Shown one piece after another: positions 8,642 through 18,731 of a stretch of DNA of 64,000 bases. The notes beneath the pieces are model-generated. The model had not been told where the DNA came from, searched no databases, and saw only the letters and a list, made by a program, of their open reading frames with translations. The stretch is from assembly GCA_036930585.1 (NCBI GenBank), contig GCA_036930585.1_3066.1; one strand, given 5' to 3'. How positions within the stretch are numbered: position 1 is the stretch's first letter; each line of letters begins with the position of its first letter. Both the position numbers and the translations under genes were made by a program. The stretch comes from a phage.

Positions 8642-9961
8642 TCATACATAAAACACATCATAACGACCACGGGTTACACCAACATAAAGAAGTTGTTGAG
8701 CCAATTCAGCATCTGCATAATGAATACAAGGCGTATAAATGAAAGCACGGTCTACAGACATGCCCTGTGCTTTATGGAATGTTGATGCAGGAAGTGCTTT
8801 CACTTTACTAAACTGTGATTTAGCATCCCAAAAATCACTCCACGGGGCTTTTCCGCCTTTATTCCAATTTTTATAAGTTTCTGCCGTTTTACCTAAAAAT
8901 AGGTTAAACTTATACAGTTCTTCATCAGATGAAATTATTTTAATCTTTTCACGATAATATTCATCATCGCCATAAGTTTCTACTGTTAAATCCCAATGAC
9001 GAATTAAGTATTCTCCAGGAACACCACGAGCTTTAACAAACGTCGATGTATACTCTGCTTCTATAATACGAACTAATTGTCCGTTATTAAAAATAATTTC
9101 TGACACAGGCTTTCCATCAATTTTATATGTTTTAATTAATGGTTCCTGCATTACAATAATTTCACCGACAATAAAATCTTTATCAGTTTCAAAAATCTTT
9201 TTACGAATAATGCTATTTAACTTGTCAACAGATTTATTCGTAAATGCCATTACGCGATTTTCAAACAAATCATCTAGTGATTTTACGATTGAAAAATAAT
9301 TTACCATAAAATCGCGTAAAGCGGTATCACCTGTAAATCCACGTACTCCATGCCCGTCAACAATTTTATCATAAATCCACTTACCGTTACGAACGTCAGT
9401 AGCTACATCAATAATAGGAGCATTACTGCGTTTAACTTCAGTAAGTTCACACTGATAAAAATCTTTGTGTGTAAAGAATGGACTGATATAAGCAGTGTTT
9501 TCTCCTGGGTCAACAGGTCTAATTTGCTTATTATCACCTATTCCAATTATAGTACACCAAGGTGGAATAGTTGAAAGCAGAATTTTAAATAGCTTTCTAT
9601 CATACATTGACACTTCGTCGCAGATTAATACCCTGCATTTAGCTAAATCTGGTACTTCCTTCTGTTCAAAAAGAACGTTTTCTTCATACGTAACTGGGTT
9701 AATTTTAAGAATACTGTGAATAGTATTCGCTTCTTTCCCCGACAGTTTTGAAAGAATCTTTTTAGCTGCATGTGTAGGAGCTGCCAAAATGATACCAGTT
9801 TCGCCTGTTGATATTAAAGCTTCAATGATGAACTTAGTAAGAGTAGTCTTACCAGTACCAGCAGGTCCATTAATAGTTACATGATGTTTCTTTTCTTTAA
9901 TAGCCCTCATAACGATGTTAAAGGCATTTTTCTGGCCTTCGGTCAAATCATCAAATGTCAT
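8642..9961 (-). CDS. dda: Dda DNA helicase (SF1B), 439 aa
   Basis: MTFDDLTEGQKNAFNIVMRAIKEKKHHVTINGPAGTGKTT...GVTRGRYDVFYV essentially identical to T4 Dda. Confidence 0.95.
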   Translation of the reverse strand: MTFDDLTEGQKNAFNIVMRAIKEKKHHVTINGPAGTGKTTLTKFIIEALISTGETGIILAAPTHAAKKILSKLSGKEANTIHSILKINPVTYEENVLFEQKEVPDLAKCRVLICDEVSMYDRKLFKILLSTIPPWCTIIGIGDNKQIRPVDPGENTAYISPFFTHKDFYQCELTEVKRSNAPIIDVATDVRNGKWIYDKIVDGHGVRGFTGDTALRDFMVNYFSIVKSLDDLFENRVMAFTNKSVDKLNSIIRKKIFETDKDFIVGEIIVMQEPLIKTYKIDGKPVSEIIFNNGQLVRIIEAEYTSTFVKARGVPGEYLIRHWDLTVETYGDDEYYREKIKIISSDEELYKFNLFLGKTAETYKNWNKGGKAPWSDFWDAKSQFSKVKALPASTFHKAQGMSVDRAFIYTPCIHYADAELAQQLLYVGVTRGRYDVFYV

Positions 9962-10269
9962 CGGAAAGTCCCTGCAATTGGAATACTAACAATACGCCCA
10001 GTATCTAGAATTCGTTGATATAATCTTTGTGTATCTACATCAGGCTTAACATGTTTAACTTCTATTTTATTAAACCAAAACTTGCGTGGAGTCTCAACTA
10101 ATCTTGGAATTCCCTTACCTAAAGCTAATCGATACTGCTCTTTGAGAGTAGTAAAAACTCTATCAGCAATCTCTCTTTCAAAAAACACAGCAGGACGATG
10201 TTCATCAAGTGGAACTGGCGCCGTAAATCCGTCTTTGTCTCGGTAAACTATCGCATATACATAAACCAT
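9958..10269 (-). CDS. hypothetical protein, 103 aa
   Basis: ATG start overlapping dda. Confidence 0.55.
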   Translation of the reverse strand: MVYVYAIVYRDKDGFTAPVPLDEHRPAVFFEREIADRVFTTLKEQYRLALGKGIPRLVETPRKFWFNKIEVKHVKPDVDTQRLYQRILDTGRIVSIPIAGTFR

Positions 10270-10270
10270 A

Positions 10271-11017
10271 TTATCCTCGGATAAGTTTAAAAATTGAACA
10301 ATTTAGCGGATATCCTCTTTTCAGTTTAAGTTTATCAATAAAAGACAAGTTTTGATACCGCTCTACACCTTGAATAATTTTATCACACATATCATATTGC
10401 ATTTCTGCTTCTGACAGCTTTTTCACAGTTTTCCAATCCGAGCCTTTAAGAAGAACGTTCAATTTAACAACTTCAGCGCCTTCTGCTATACGAGAACCAT
10501 CAATACGTGCTTTAAGTGCTATAATCCTTAGCTTAATGTCAGAGGTCTGTTTTGATTTAGAAAGCTGAGAAATGTGTTCAATTCGGTTTTCACGTTTTTT
10601 CTGTATAGCTTTAATTTGATTATAAGTCTTTTTGATTTTAGCCCATTTCTTTTCATCTAAATTTAGTTTATGAACTTTTTTCGCAGATGAACGACCAATT
10701 CGCAAAGCAAATAAATCACGCTTTTCAATCAACTCTTCTAAAGTATAATCAGAACGAAATGTATTATACTTTTTCTTTACTGCAATAACATTCCCTTTAA
10801 TGTATCCAACGTTATTATCAAAACGTTCTAATGATAATTTCTCTCCTTCAATACGATTATCAAAAGGTTCTCCTGAATAGGCACAAACTTTTTGATCTAA
10901 AATGTTCTTAATGTAATTGAAGTCTAAGTTAAAATCTTTAGAACGTCTTTTTGCAGATGCCTGAGTATGCTCTAGACGACGTTTAATTTTACGAATTTGG
11001 TTATTAGATAGCTTCAT
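10271..11017 (-). CDS. srd: Srd-like protein, 248 aa (position/size of T4 srd)
   Basis: gene order dda - dda.1 - srd - modA - modB; basic coiled-coil-rich protein. Confidence 0.6.
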   Translation of the reverse strand: MKLSNNQIRKIKRRLEHTQASAKRRSKDFNLDFNYIKNILDQKVCAYSGEPFDNRIEGEKLSLERFDNNVGYIKGNVIAVKKKYNTFRSDYTLEELIEKRDLFALRIGRSSAKKVHKLNLDEKKWAKIKKTYNQIKAIQKKRENRIEHISQLSKSKQTSDIKLRIIALKARIDGSRIAEGAEVVKLNVLLKGSDWKTVKKLSEAEMQYDMCDKIIQGVERYQNLSFIDKLKLKRGYPLNCSIFKLIRG

Positions 11018-11053
11018 ATTTTTCTCACATCTTACGGACGGTTAACTACTTAT

Positions 11054-11083
11054 ACTATAACATTTTTACCTTAACTTGTAAAC
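11054..11083 (-). promoter_or_regulatory. early promoter (GTTTAC-18-TATAGT)
   Basis: minus strand GTTTACaagttaaggtaaaaatgTTATAGT upstream of srd. Confidence 0.45.
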
Positions 11084-11140
11084 AACTTTATGTAAAAATG
11101 CTTTAAAACTTTCATGGTATAATGAATCTAAGTCCTTCCA

Positions 11141-11743
11141 TTATAGATTAAATCCTTCAAAATCAAGAGTATAGATAGTGTATGTTGAATACTTTTTGTA
11201 CTCATATCTATCTGCAATTCTAAATACACTTCCAGCTGGTATCATTACTTCTTGTTCATCTGAAACTAATTCCATATTACGATAACGATGGCTATCCGGA
11301 AACTTAAAGTTTGGATTGTATTCTTTACAACGTAGAGCTTTTATAGCATACTCCTGGAAATTGAATACCATAGGAGCTTTGAATTCAAAAATAACTTGTG
11401 TGTTATACTCTAAACCGGAAGCAAAATGTAGAGCTATATTTTTATCATATGAAGCTGATACGACTTTATCAAATGTAATAATATCAATTCCTTGATTTAA
11501 TACTCGCTTAGTCTCAGCTGGAACACCTCTCCAAAGAGGTTTATCGTTTGGTTCCAAACGAGATTTGATTATTTCATTTAACCAAATATGGTCATCTGGT
11601 TTATTAGTAATACAATGAATTAAAAGTTCAATTTCAGATAAATTAAACCCTTCAGAAAGTAATTCTTCACGAATAGAAGCACGCACCGATGCATCCATTG
11701 ATTTGATTTTAAAATCTTTTAATTGCATTGCTGAATATTTCAT
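11141..11743 (-). CDS. modA: ADP-ribosyltransferase ModA, 200 aa
   Basis: size and order as T4 modA; paralogous to adjacent modB. Confidence 0.75.
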   Translation of the reverse strand: MKYSAMQLKDFKIKSMDASVRASIREELLSEGFNLSEIELLIHCITNKPDDHIWLNEIIKSRLEPNDKPLWRGVPAETKRVLNQGIDIITFDKVVSASYDKNIALHFASGLEYNTQVIFEFKAPMVFNFQEYAIKALRCKEYNPNFKFPDSHRYRNMELVSDEQEVMIPAGSVFRIADRYEYKKYSTYTIYTLDFEGFNL

Positions 11744-12363
11744 TCAACTACCTCAATATCATAAACTTTAAATGTTCCAAATGAATCGTGTAATTTTTCT
11801 TTTGAAATAGAAGTTATTCTATACTTTCCAATTGGAATCATCCATTCTTGTTCACGCACAATCATCATTAAGTTATCAGTACGCTCTGAATCTAGCCCAT
11901 CAGTATCTTCATACGTGTACTTAAACTCAGTATTAGGAGAAGAAAGTATAATATCGCTGATATGGTCAGAATAATTAAAAGCTTTATCAGTTTTTAAGCG
12001 AAATATTATTTCAGTGAAATACTCAACATAAGAAAAACCACATGCTGTGTGCAAACTAGTAGTAAATGAATCTACCCTATTCGTTGAAAACACTTCTCCA
12101 ACTTGTAAATCTTTAATGAGTTCTTTTGTCGATTTTGATATACCACGATATAACTGATAAGGTGATTTAGTTAAATGCTTTTTAACGATTTTATTCAACT
12201 GCCGATGAAGAGCTTCATTCTTTTTAGCTTCCATACATTGCCAAAGAATTGACTGCTCAAAGTCAGTAAATTTTTCACAGACTTTTTTATACATATCATA
12301 TTGAAAATCAACGCTTTCAGCTTTTATAGATAACTGTTCAACATCTGCAAGATTAATAATCAT
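11740..12363 (-). CDS. modB: ADP-ribosyltransferase ModB, 207 aa
   Basis: size and order as T4 modB; ATGA overlap with modA. Confidence 0.75.
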   Translation of the reverse strand: MIINLADVEQLSIKAESVDFQYDMYKKVCEKFTDFEQSILWQCMEAKKNEALHRQLNKIVKKHLTKSPYQLYRGISKSTKELIKDLQVGEVFSTNRVDSFTTSLHTACGFSYVEYFTEIIFRLKTDKAFNYSDHISDIILSSPNTEFKYTYEDTDGLDSERTDNLMMIVREQEWMIPIGKYRITSISKEKLHDSFGTFKVYDIEVVE

Positions 12364-12389
12364 GATAGCCTCCGTATACTTCAGAAGCT

Positions 12390-12419
12390 ATCATATCATC
12401 GTTAGAAAGGAAAGTAAAC
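12390..12419 (-). promoter_or_regulatory. early promoter (GTTTAC-18-TATGAT)
   Basis: minus strand GTTTACtttcctttctaacgatgaTATGAT. Confidence 0.45.
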
Positions 12420-12430
12420 AACTTTTTGAA

Positions 12431-12613
12431 TTATTTTGCCCAGGGAGCCCAAGGCGGAGGGTCAAGATGGTATGAAGCTAGTTCTTCTAGAAGAGCATCT
12501 GGGGCTTCAATTCCATAATTCTGTAATACTATACGGTACTCTTTCTTATAATCACTAGAATCATTCTGGTTATTCGTAGAATGATTATCTTCTAACATCT
12601 CAAATAAATCCAT
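12431..12613 (-). CDS. hypothetical protein, 60 aa
   Basis: ATG ORF. Confidence 0.5.
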   Translation of the reverse strand: MDLFEMLEDNHSTNNQNDSSDYKKEYRIVLQNYGIEAPDALLEELASYHLDPPPWAPWAK

Positions 12614-12621
12614 ATTAATTC

Positions 12622-13092
12622 CTAGCGATAAAAACCAAATTGACGATTAGCTTCAATAATCTTTCTTTCTTCTTCGGACATTCTCCAACGTAGTCCAACA
12701 TCAAAATGAGCCCAGACCATCTTAACAAATGCATTTATATCTTTAATATCTTCAATAATGAATGTTTTACTTTTAGAAGGTTGACTCACTAATTTAACTT
12801 TATCATCTTCAAACAGGTCAAAAAGACCATATTCATGAGCTCTTTTATAGCCTTTAATAGTTAAAGCTTCAGAAGAAGAAAACGGTGAATCTGTATTCTG
12901 CAAAATATCTTCAGTATGCTTTATAATTAGAATAACATTTTCTGGATATTTTCTTTCTTTTATATCTTTAATTAAAAAATCCGGATTTTCTGCTAAAGGA
13001 ATAATTAATGAGCATTTTTTACCAAGAGTATTTACTGATTTACCTTCTTTAGACATGAATTCTACTGAATAATGTTTTGCTACTTCAATCAT
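12622..13092 (-). CDS. hypothetical protein, 156 aa
   Basis: ATG ORF. Confidence 0.55.
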   Translation of the reverse strand: MIEVAKHYSVEFMSKEGKSVNTLGKKCSLIIPLAENPDFLIKDIKERKYPENVILIIKHTEDILQNTDSPFSSSEALTIKGYKRAHEYGLFDLFEDDKVKLVSQPSKSKTFIIEDIKDINAFVKMVWAHFDVGLRWRMSEEERKIIEANRQFGFYR

Positions 13093-13249
13093 GTGATTTC
13101 CTTTTGCCTACTAATGGACCATCGGGAATTTTGTTTTCCTGGATATATTTCTCATTTTCTTCCATCATTTTACTGCCAATTTTAAGAAGCAAATCCAGTG
13201 CTTCATTTGCTTTTGCTTTAGCCTCTTCTAACGTTATATCTTTGTTCAT
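13085..13249 (-). CDS. small hypothetical protein, 54 aa (not in ORF track), translationally coupled at both ends
   Basis: [54 protein letters not shown]; ATGA overlaps. Confidence 0.45.
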   Translation of the reverse strand: MNKDITLEEAKAKANEALDLLLKIGSKMMEENEKYIQENKIPDGPLVGKRKSHD

Positions 13250-13449
13250 GATTTATCACCATAGATGTCTCTCATCAATTTAAGCGCTGAGCGTTCTAAT
13301 TTCTTTTCTTTCTCAGCACTAATCATTGATTTCATCCATTCTTCCGATTCGTTCTGCATTTCTTTATTTGCTTGTTCAACCCAACCATCGTCAATATACA
13401 TTGAGTTTGGTCTATTGAACCATTCAAGAATCTTCTTGGGAGCTTTCAT
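13246..13449 (-). CDS. hypothetical protein, 67 aa
   Basis: ATG ORF. Confidence 0.5.
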   Translation of the reverse strand: MKAPKKILEWFNRPNSMYIDDGWVEQANKEMQNESEEWMKSMISAEKEKKLERSALKLMRDIYGDKS

Positions 13450-13909
13450 TTATTTTACCTAAAACAATAGTAGGAGCATCGTCAAATTTATGAATTTTTA
13501 GTAAATTTGGATTTAACTTATTCCATAAAGAGGTAATAAAATATGATAGCGCACTTTCGTCCGTAATTATAAATTTATTTCCTTTATCTATTTTCCAATC
13601 ATATATTGAATCATATGAATAGAAGGATAACGGTTTATTATTATAATATGCTTCACTAACATCAATATAGTTAGATTTAGTAAATGCTTGAATTGCCATA
13701 AATGGAGAATTTTGTACAGTTTCAATAATTCCGATCTTTTTAAGTTTTATTTCAACATCTTCTGGAATTGGCATTGAAATAAAATCTTCTACTAGATACA
13801 TGTTATTGTCATATCTTTTATCAATCATTACTGCTACGGTAATTGGAACATCCTTGACAAACGCCATACTAATACTATTGATAGACATTTCAAACAAAAT
13901 TGCTTCCAT
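13424..13909 (-). CDS. hypothetical protein, 161 aa
   Basis: ATG at 13909 (MEAILFEMS...) preferred over track TTG. Confidence 0.5.
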   Translation of the reverse strand: MEAILFEMSINSISMAFVKDVPITVAVMIDKRYDNNMYLVEDFISMPIPEDVEIKLKKIGIIETVQNSPFMAIQAFTKSNYIDVSEAYYNNKPLSFYSYDSIYDWKIDKGNKFIITDESALSYFITSLWNKLNPNLLKIHKFDDAPTIVLGKINESSQEDS

Positions 13910-13917
13910 AATTTTCC

Positions 13918-14259
13918 TCAATCACAAGATGTAGATGAACAACTAGAATCACAAGAACTTCCACATGAATCACCTGCCCATACGTGAACAGGAACATTTG
14001 TATCATATGAATCAGAACTAGACTGTGTTTTCTGTGCATTAGATGATGTAGTAGGTATTGACCAGCGCCAAGGATTTTTATAATATTCTTGGGCTTCTTC
14101 ATAAGTCATAGTAACTGCTTCTACTGTTCCATCTCCCATATAAACATACTCAACTACAGTTAAAGGAAGGTAGTCATTTGAAATAGGAACTACACCTTCT
14201 CCGGGAGTTGTAGAGAAAAAATCCGTAAAGAAACTTTTAAACCAATTAAAGATAAACAT
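13918..14259 (-). CDS. hypothetical protein, 113 aa, with Cys/Ser-rich C-terminal tail
   Basis: C-terminus [18 protein letters not shown]. Confidence 0.5.
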   Translation of the reverse strand: MFIFNWFKSFFTDFFSTTPGEGVVPISNDYLPLTVVEYVYMGDGTVEAVTMTYEEAQEYYKNPWRWSIPTTSSNAQKTQSSSDSYDTNVPVHVWAGDSCGSSCDSSCSSTSCD

Positions 14260-14465
14260 TACAAAAAGCCTCTTTTGAATTCAACTTGCTTCTCACCATA
14301 ATCATATCGAATCTCTGCATTAAATTCAACAGAACCATCTGCGTACATCATAAATGAATGCACAACAACTTCTGTAGACCATGGTTGTAGTTCATATTTC
14401 TTCATTACGTGTCGTGAAATGATAATATCTAAATCTTCATTCGGTTTAATCCAACGATTTAACAT
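14259..14465 (-). CDS. hypothetical protein, 68 aa
   Basis: ATG ORF. Confidence 0.5.
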   Translation of the reverse strand: MLNRWIKPNEDLDIIISRHVMKKYELQPWSTEVVVHSFMMYADGSVEFNAEIRYDYGEKQVEFKRGFL

Positions 14466-14492
14466 AGCGCTCTCCTCTATAAGATAATTCTA

Positions 14493-14521
14493 TTATACCA
14501 TACTCATTTTGGAAAGTAAAC
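14493..14521 (-). promoter_or_regulatory. early promoter (GTTTAC-17-TATAAT)
   Basis: minus strand GTTTACtttccaaaatgagtatggTATAAT. Confidence 0.5.
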
Positions 14522-14531
14522 CATTTAAATG

Positions 14532-14556
14532 AAAAAGGACTCCCGAAGGAGTCCTT
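14532..14556 (-). terminator. stem-loop terminator downstream of soc
   Basis: aaaaaggactcccgaaggagtcctt. Confidence 0.5.
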
Positions 14557-14580
14557 GAATTATTAACCACCAGTTACTTT

Positions 14581-14808
14581 TCACAAATCTTCGTTTGCAG
14601 CAATCCATTCAGTACGCTGATTTTCTTCATATACAGTAGTATATGCTGCTTTTTCTGAAGGGAACGTCTGGTAATGAGCACCAGAAATTTTGTGAACGTC
14701 AGAATAAAGAGGGAAAGCTACTGAAATTTCCTTTCCTTTAATTTTCTTATTTCCATCTAATTTCTGCTCAAATGTTTTGATATTAACATAACCGCGAGTA
14801 CTAGCCAT
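14581..14808 (-). CDS. soc: small outer capsid protein Soc; ORF closed by in-frame TGA 5 codons before a TAA
   Basis: MASTRGYVNIKTFEQKLDGNKKIKGKEISVAFPLYSDVHKISGAHYQTFPSEKAAYTTVYEENQRTEWIAANEDL then TGA AAA GTA ACT GGT GGT TAA. Confidence 0.85.
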   Translation of the reverse strand: MASTRGYVNIKTFEQKLDGNKKIKGKEISVAFPLYSDVHKISGAHYQTFPSEKAAYTTVYEENQRTEWIAANEDL

Positions 14809-14838
14809 GTAATTCTCCTTTTATTTAAATTACATGAT

Positions 14839-14846
14839 TATTTATA
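14839..14846 (-). promoter_or_regulatory. late promoter box TATAAATA upstream of soc
   Basis: plus tatttata = minus TATAAATA about 30 nt upstream of soc ATG. Confidence 0.5.
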
Positions 14847-14876
14847 ATAAATTCTCGCGGCTTTTAAGACGAGCTG

Positions 14877-15392
14877 TTAATAACCTCGGTCTTGACGTTC
14901 AAAATTATGTTTGTTTTTCAAATAATAAAGTTTAAAGATTTCTTCCGCATTCATTCCAAGGCCAGCAAACATATTTAATACGAAATGAAATATATCCACA
15001 AGCTCAAATTTAATTTCGAGCTGATCTTCTGGGGACATTTCATCAATGCGTTTTTCTTGCGCTTCAATATAACGTGCTTTCCATTTTTTCCAAACTGCCG
15101 ATGCATCTTTTTCACCACGTGACATTTCACCAAGAGAAGTCAGAAGTTCGCGGAATTCATCGTCAATGCAGTCTTTTTGTTCACGCATCCAAGAAACAAC
15201 ATCACCGGCAGTTTCTAATTTATCTGGATGATAGCAGTATTCGCGGTCATTTGCTAAACGAATCTGCAGAGATTTCTGCATGTCAAGCATTACCTGCAGC
15301 GGGTCTTTTTCATCACCGAGAATATCCCAATATTCATTTTGAGCTTTATCAGCGCCTTCGATCAGTTGACTACATTCGTTAAAGTAAGCCAT
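14877..15392 (-). CDS. 56: dCTPase / dCTP pyrophosphatase gp56 (MazG-like), 171 aa
   Basis: MAYFNECSQLIEGADKAQNEYWDILGDEKDPLQVMLDMQ...; ATG at 15392 preferred over track TTG. Confidence 0.9.
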   Translation of the reverse strand: MAYFNECSQLIEGADKAQNEYWDILGDEKDPLQVMLDMQKSLQIRLANDREYCYHPDKLETAGDVVSWMREQKDCIDDEFRELLTSLGEMSRGEKDASAVWKKWKARYIEAQEKRIDEMSPEDQLEIKFELVDIFHFVLNMFAGLGMNAEEIFKLYYLKNKHNFERQDRGY

Positions 15393-15427
15393 TATTTTTC
15401 CTTTCAATTCATTAATAAGTTAAATAA

Positions 15428-16240
<813 letters not shown>

Positions 16241-16342
16241 TCATTTATTGCAGCAAAAAACGAATTATATAATTCTTCATCATATGTATTTGATAGTAAT
16301 ACTAACACGTTTTGCGATAAATATTAATTTAAAGGAGGACAT

Positions 16343-16543
16343 ATGGCACAAAAATTAATGGCACTTGTTAATGCCATCAAAGGTAATAAAAAACGTATAG
16401 CTTTTACTATTTCTGCTATGATAGGAATTTTACTTTGGAATTTTGTTTTATCGCCAGTTGCTATTGCTCATGGTGTTAGTATTCCAGTAGTTACTCTTGA
16501 TACATTCGTAGATCTAGCATTTGCTTTAGTTGGGTTAATTTAA
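16343..16543 (+). CDS. small hydrophobic protein (predicted 2 TM helices), 66 aa, on plus strand with strong SD
   Basis: AAGGAGG 4 nt upstream of ATG; MAQKLMALVNAIKGNKKRIAFTISAMIGILLWNFVLSPVAIAHGVSIPVVTLDTFVDLAFALVGLI; only plus-strand ORF lying in an otherwise non-coding gap. Confidence 0.45.
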   Translation: MAQKLMALVNAIKGNKKRIAFTISAMIGILLWNFVLSPVAIAHGVSIPVVTLDTFVDLAFALVGLI

Positions 16544-17571
16544 ATCTTGGCATATTTAGATAACCGCATTTTAGCCATTAACCCCTGGGCAATATTATTT
16601 TTCATATATTCCACAATTTGTTCAGGGGTTGCACCTTCCTTTCTAATCATATCATTAACATCTTTTGATTTCCAGGGAGATTTATCCCAAAACATAACCC
16701 TTTCTCCTGCATCAACTAATTTAGTCATTCGCTTGATAGTGTCAGGGTGACGAGGTTCATTATCTAAAACCCACACTCGTCTATCTTTAAATGGAACAAC
16801 TTCTAGGTCTAATTGACCACCCGTAATAGCTATACCATTTTCAATAAAAAGTGAATCTATAGGTCCTTCTAGAACATATACATCACCATCTTTAACTCGT
16901 TCGACTCCATATATTTTTGTTGCCTCAGGATAAGCTTTGATGGTGATATATTTTTGAGGAGCATCTTTCTTTAATGCACGTCCTTGAAAAGACTCAGCTT
17001 TTCCGTTAGCATTATAAATTGGAATAACAAGACGAGGCTCAGGTGTTTCCTTTTTATATGTTCCTGGAGCTATACTATTAACTAATTTAGGCCATTCAGT
17101 TGTAAACCAAAGATATTTCCATTTATCCTTTGGAATACAACGAGCTTTTACATATTTTATAATTGGATGGTCTTCCGCCAATTTATCTAATCTGATGCAT
17201 GACGGAAGAGATTTAATTATTTTCTTCTCAGGTTGTTTAGGAAGTTCTTTAGGTTTTTCTACTGGACGACTTTTACCTTTTTCTTTTCTTATTTCAAAGA
17301 TATACTCACGATATAAATCAGGTTCAAACTCCTTTAAATATATTCCGATTGGTGCATGATAGTTACAGTTATAACAATGAATATTTCCTTCATTATTATC
17401 ATCGCCATAATACCATCCACGGGCTTTATTTTGATCGGTTTTTGAATCTCCACAAACGGGACATCTAAACCGTAATTTAAAAGTTGAACTATTATTTACT
17501 TGTGCGAATTTAGGTAAATGAGCCAATGCACGGTATGCAAACTCATTATCAATCCAAGGTATTGATGACAT
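16540..17571 (-). CDS. 61: DNA primase gp61, 343 aa
   Basis: MSSIPWIDNEFAYRALAHLPKFAQVNNSSTFKLRFRCPVCGDSKTDQNKARGWYYGD... zinc ribbon + TOPRIM. Confidence 0.9.
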   Translation of the reverse strand: MSSIPWIDNEFAYRALAHLPKFAQVNNSSTFKLRFRCPVCGDSKTDQNKARGWYYGDDNNEGNIHCYNCNYHAPIGIYLKEFEPDLYREYIFEIRKEKGKSRPVEKPKELPKQPEKKIIKSLPSCIRLDKLAEDHPIIKYVKARCIPKDKWKYLWFTTEWPKLVNSIAPGTYKKETPEPRLVIPIYNANGKAESFQGRALKKDAPQKYITIKAYPEATKIYGVERVKDGDVYVLEGPIDSLFIENGIAITGGQLDLEVVPFKDRRVWVLDNEPRHPDTIKRMTKLVDAGERVMFWDKSPWKSKDVNDMIRKEGATPEQIVEYMKNNIAQGLMAKMRLSKYAKI

Positions 17572-17573
17572 TT

Positions 17574-17738
17574 TTACTCTTCTTTTTCTTTAGATTCCTC
17601 TTTTTTCTTTTTAGGAATCTGTTCAGGACCTTTATTTACTACAGCGCCTGACGTTGTTCCAGTAGAGATATTTTCAGGACTACCACCTGAATCTCCAGCG
17701 ACCATATCTTCTTTGATAAATTCTTTATATGTTTTCAT
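17574..17738 (-). CDS. small hypothetical protein, 54 aa (61.1 position; not in ORF track)
   Basis: MKTYKEFIKEDMVAGDSGGSPENISTGTTSGAVVNKGPEQIPKKKKEESKEKEE. Confidence 0.5.
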   Translation of the reverse strand: MKTYKEFIKEDMVAGDSGGSPENISTGTTSGAVVNKGPEQIPKKKKEESKEKEE

Positions 17739-17784
17739 ATTAACCTCTATTCATAAAAGCATTAAAAATTTGGTCATCAATAGA
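17736..17784. repeat. 49-bp direct repeat copy A (37 nt identical, then 2 mismatches in 12) spanning the stop of the 118-aa gene and the start of 61.1
   Basis: catattaacctctattcataaaagcattaaaaatttggtcatcaataga. Confidence 0.8.
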
Positions 17785-18096
17785 TGGCGCAGTAATATTT
17801 TCTGCATCATTTAGCAAATCATTAATTTCATCAGATAGCATAACACACGTACCTTTATTTCCTGTAATTGTTACTGCACAATTACGAACGTTTTCTTTAT
17901 CAAATTTTAGGTTAATATTTTCATAGTGAAAATCCTTTAATGCCGAATATATCTTTAAAATGAAATTGTCTTTTACTACAATAAACCCAACCTCACTATT
18001 AAAACGCGGTTCATGGAAACTGTAATAAACCTTTTCATCTATAAAATCGTATGAAATTTTTTCCATTTTTAAATATGAAAATTCAGAACTATACAT
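17740..18096 (-). CDS. single-domain paralog of 61.2, 118 aa
   Basis: shares VKDN-containing domain and identical C-terminal 14 aa SIDDQIFNAFMNRG with the 210-aa 61.2 product. Confidence 0.6.
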   Translation of the reverse strand: MYSSEFSYLKMEKISYDFIDEKVYYSFHEPRFNSEVGFIVVKDNFILKIYSALKDFHYENINLKFDKENVRNCAVTITGNKGTCVMLSDEINDLLNDAENITAPSIDDQIFNAFMNRG

Positions 18097-18142
18097 ATTA
18101 ACCTCTATTCATAAAAGCATTAAAAATTTGATCGTCAATAGA
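18094..18142. repeat. 49-bp direct repeat copy B spanning the stop of 61.2 and the start of the 118-aa gene
   Basis: catattaacctctattcataaaagcattaaaaatttgatcgtcaataga. Confidence 0.8.
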
Positions 18143-18730
18143 AACTTTTACTTTAGGCTGTTCTTCAAACGGTAATTCATATCCACATATTACAATTTTG
18201 TGATCGATACCAAAATACACAGAAGCAATATGATTAATGATGTTTTCAGTAAAGTCTAAATTAACATCAATATCTTTTTGACCACAGCCCAAAGGATAAA
18301 TAATGCGAGTAATTCGATTATCTTTAACAAATATTCCACCGACATACTCTGTGCTGCGTTTAAAGTTTACACGTTTCCTAAATGAAAAATATTCAGGTTC
18401 TTTATGGGCTCGACTCATAGGGCTTAAAGTGTATTCCGAATATGAAATATCAAATCCTACACCTTCAATATGAGCCAAAGTGTCATGATTAAACCAATTA
18501 TAATCGTATGCCAAATCCATTAAATTGTAATATGTGAAAGGCACCGGATTAACATCATATGTTGTACCTTTAAAATCTGCCCAGGCAACGATTTCGTTAT
18601 CTTTAACAATTACAAAAATTGTGCCAATAAGATATCCACGGTTATTTTCATCGGGCGTTATATTATAACATTGTGCATCAGGAAATTTACCGTATTTAAA
18701 CGGTGGATTTTTGTGCATATAATAAATCAT
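18098..18730 (-). CDS. 61.2: 61.2-like two-domain protein, 210 aa (T4 61.2; possibly the protein reported as anti-DarT factor AdfA, from memory)
   Basis: position between 61.1 and sp; internal duplication of VKDN domain. Confidence 0.6.
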   Translation of the reverse strand: MIYYMHKNPPFKYGKFPDAQCYNITPDENNRGYLIGTIFVIVKDNEIVAWADFKGTTYDVNPVPFTYYNLMDLAYDYNWFNHDTLAHIEGVGFDISYSEYTLSPMSRAHKEPEYFSFRKRVNFKRSTEYVGGIFVKDNRITRIIYPLGCGQKDIDVNLDFTENIINHIASVYFGIDHKIVICGYELPFEEQPKVKVSIDDQIFNAFMNRG

Positions 18731-18731
18731 A

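Noticed and set aside
13890-14102. 70-aa His/Leu-rich ORF overlapping 13918-14259
   Set aside because: Alternative frame of the neighbouring gene with biased composition; no RBS.
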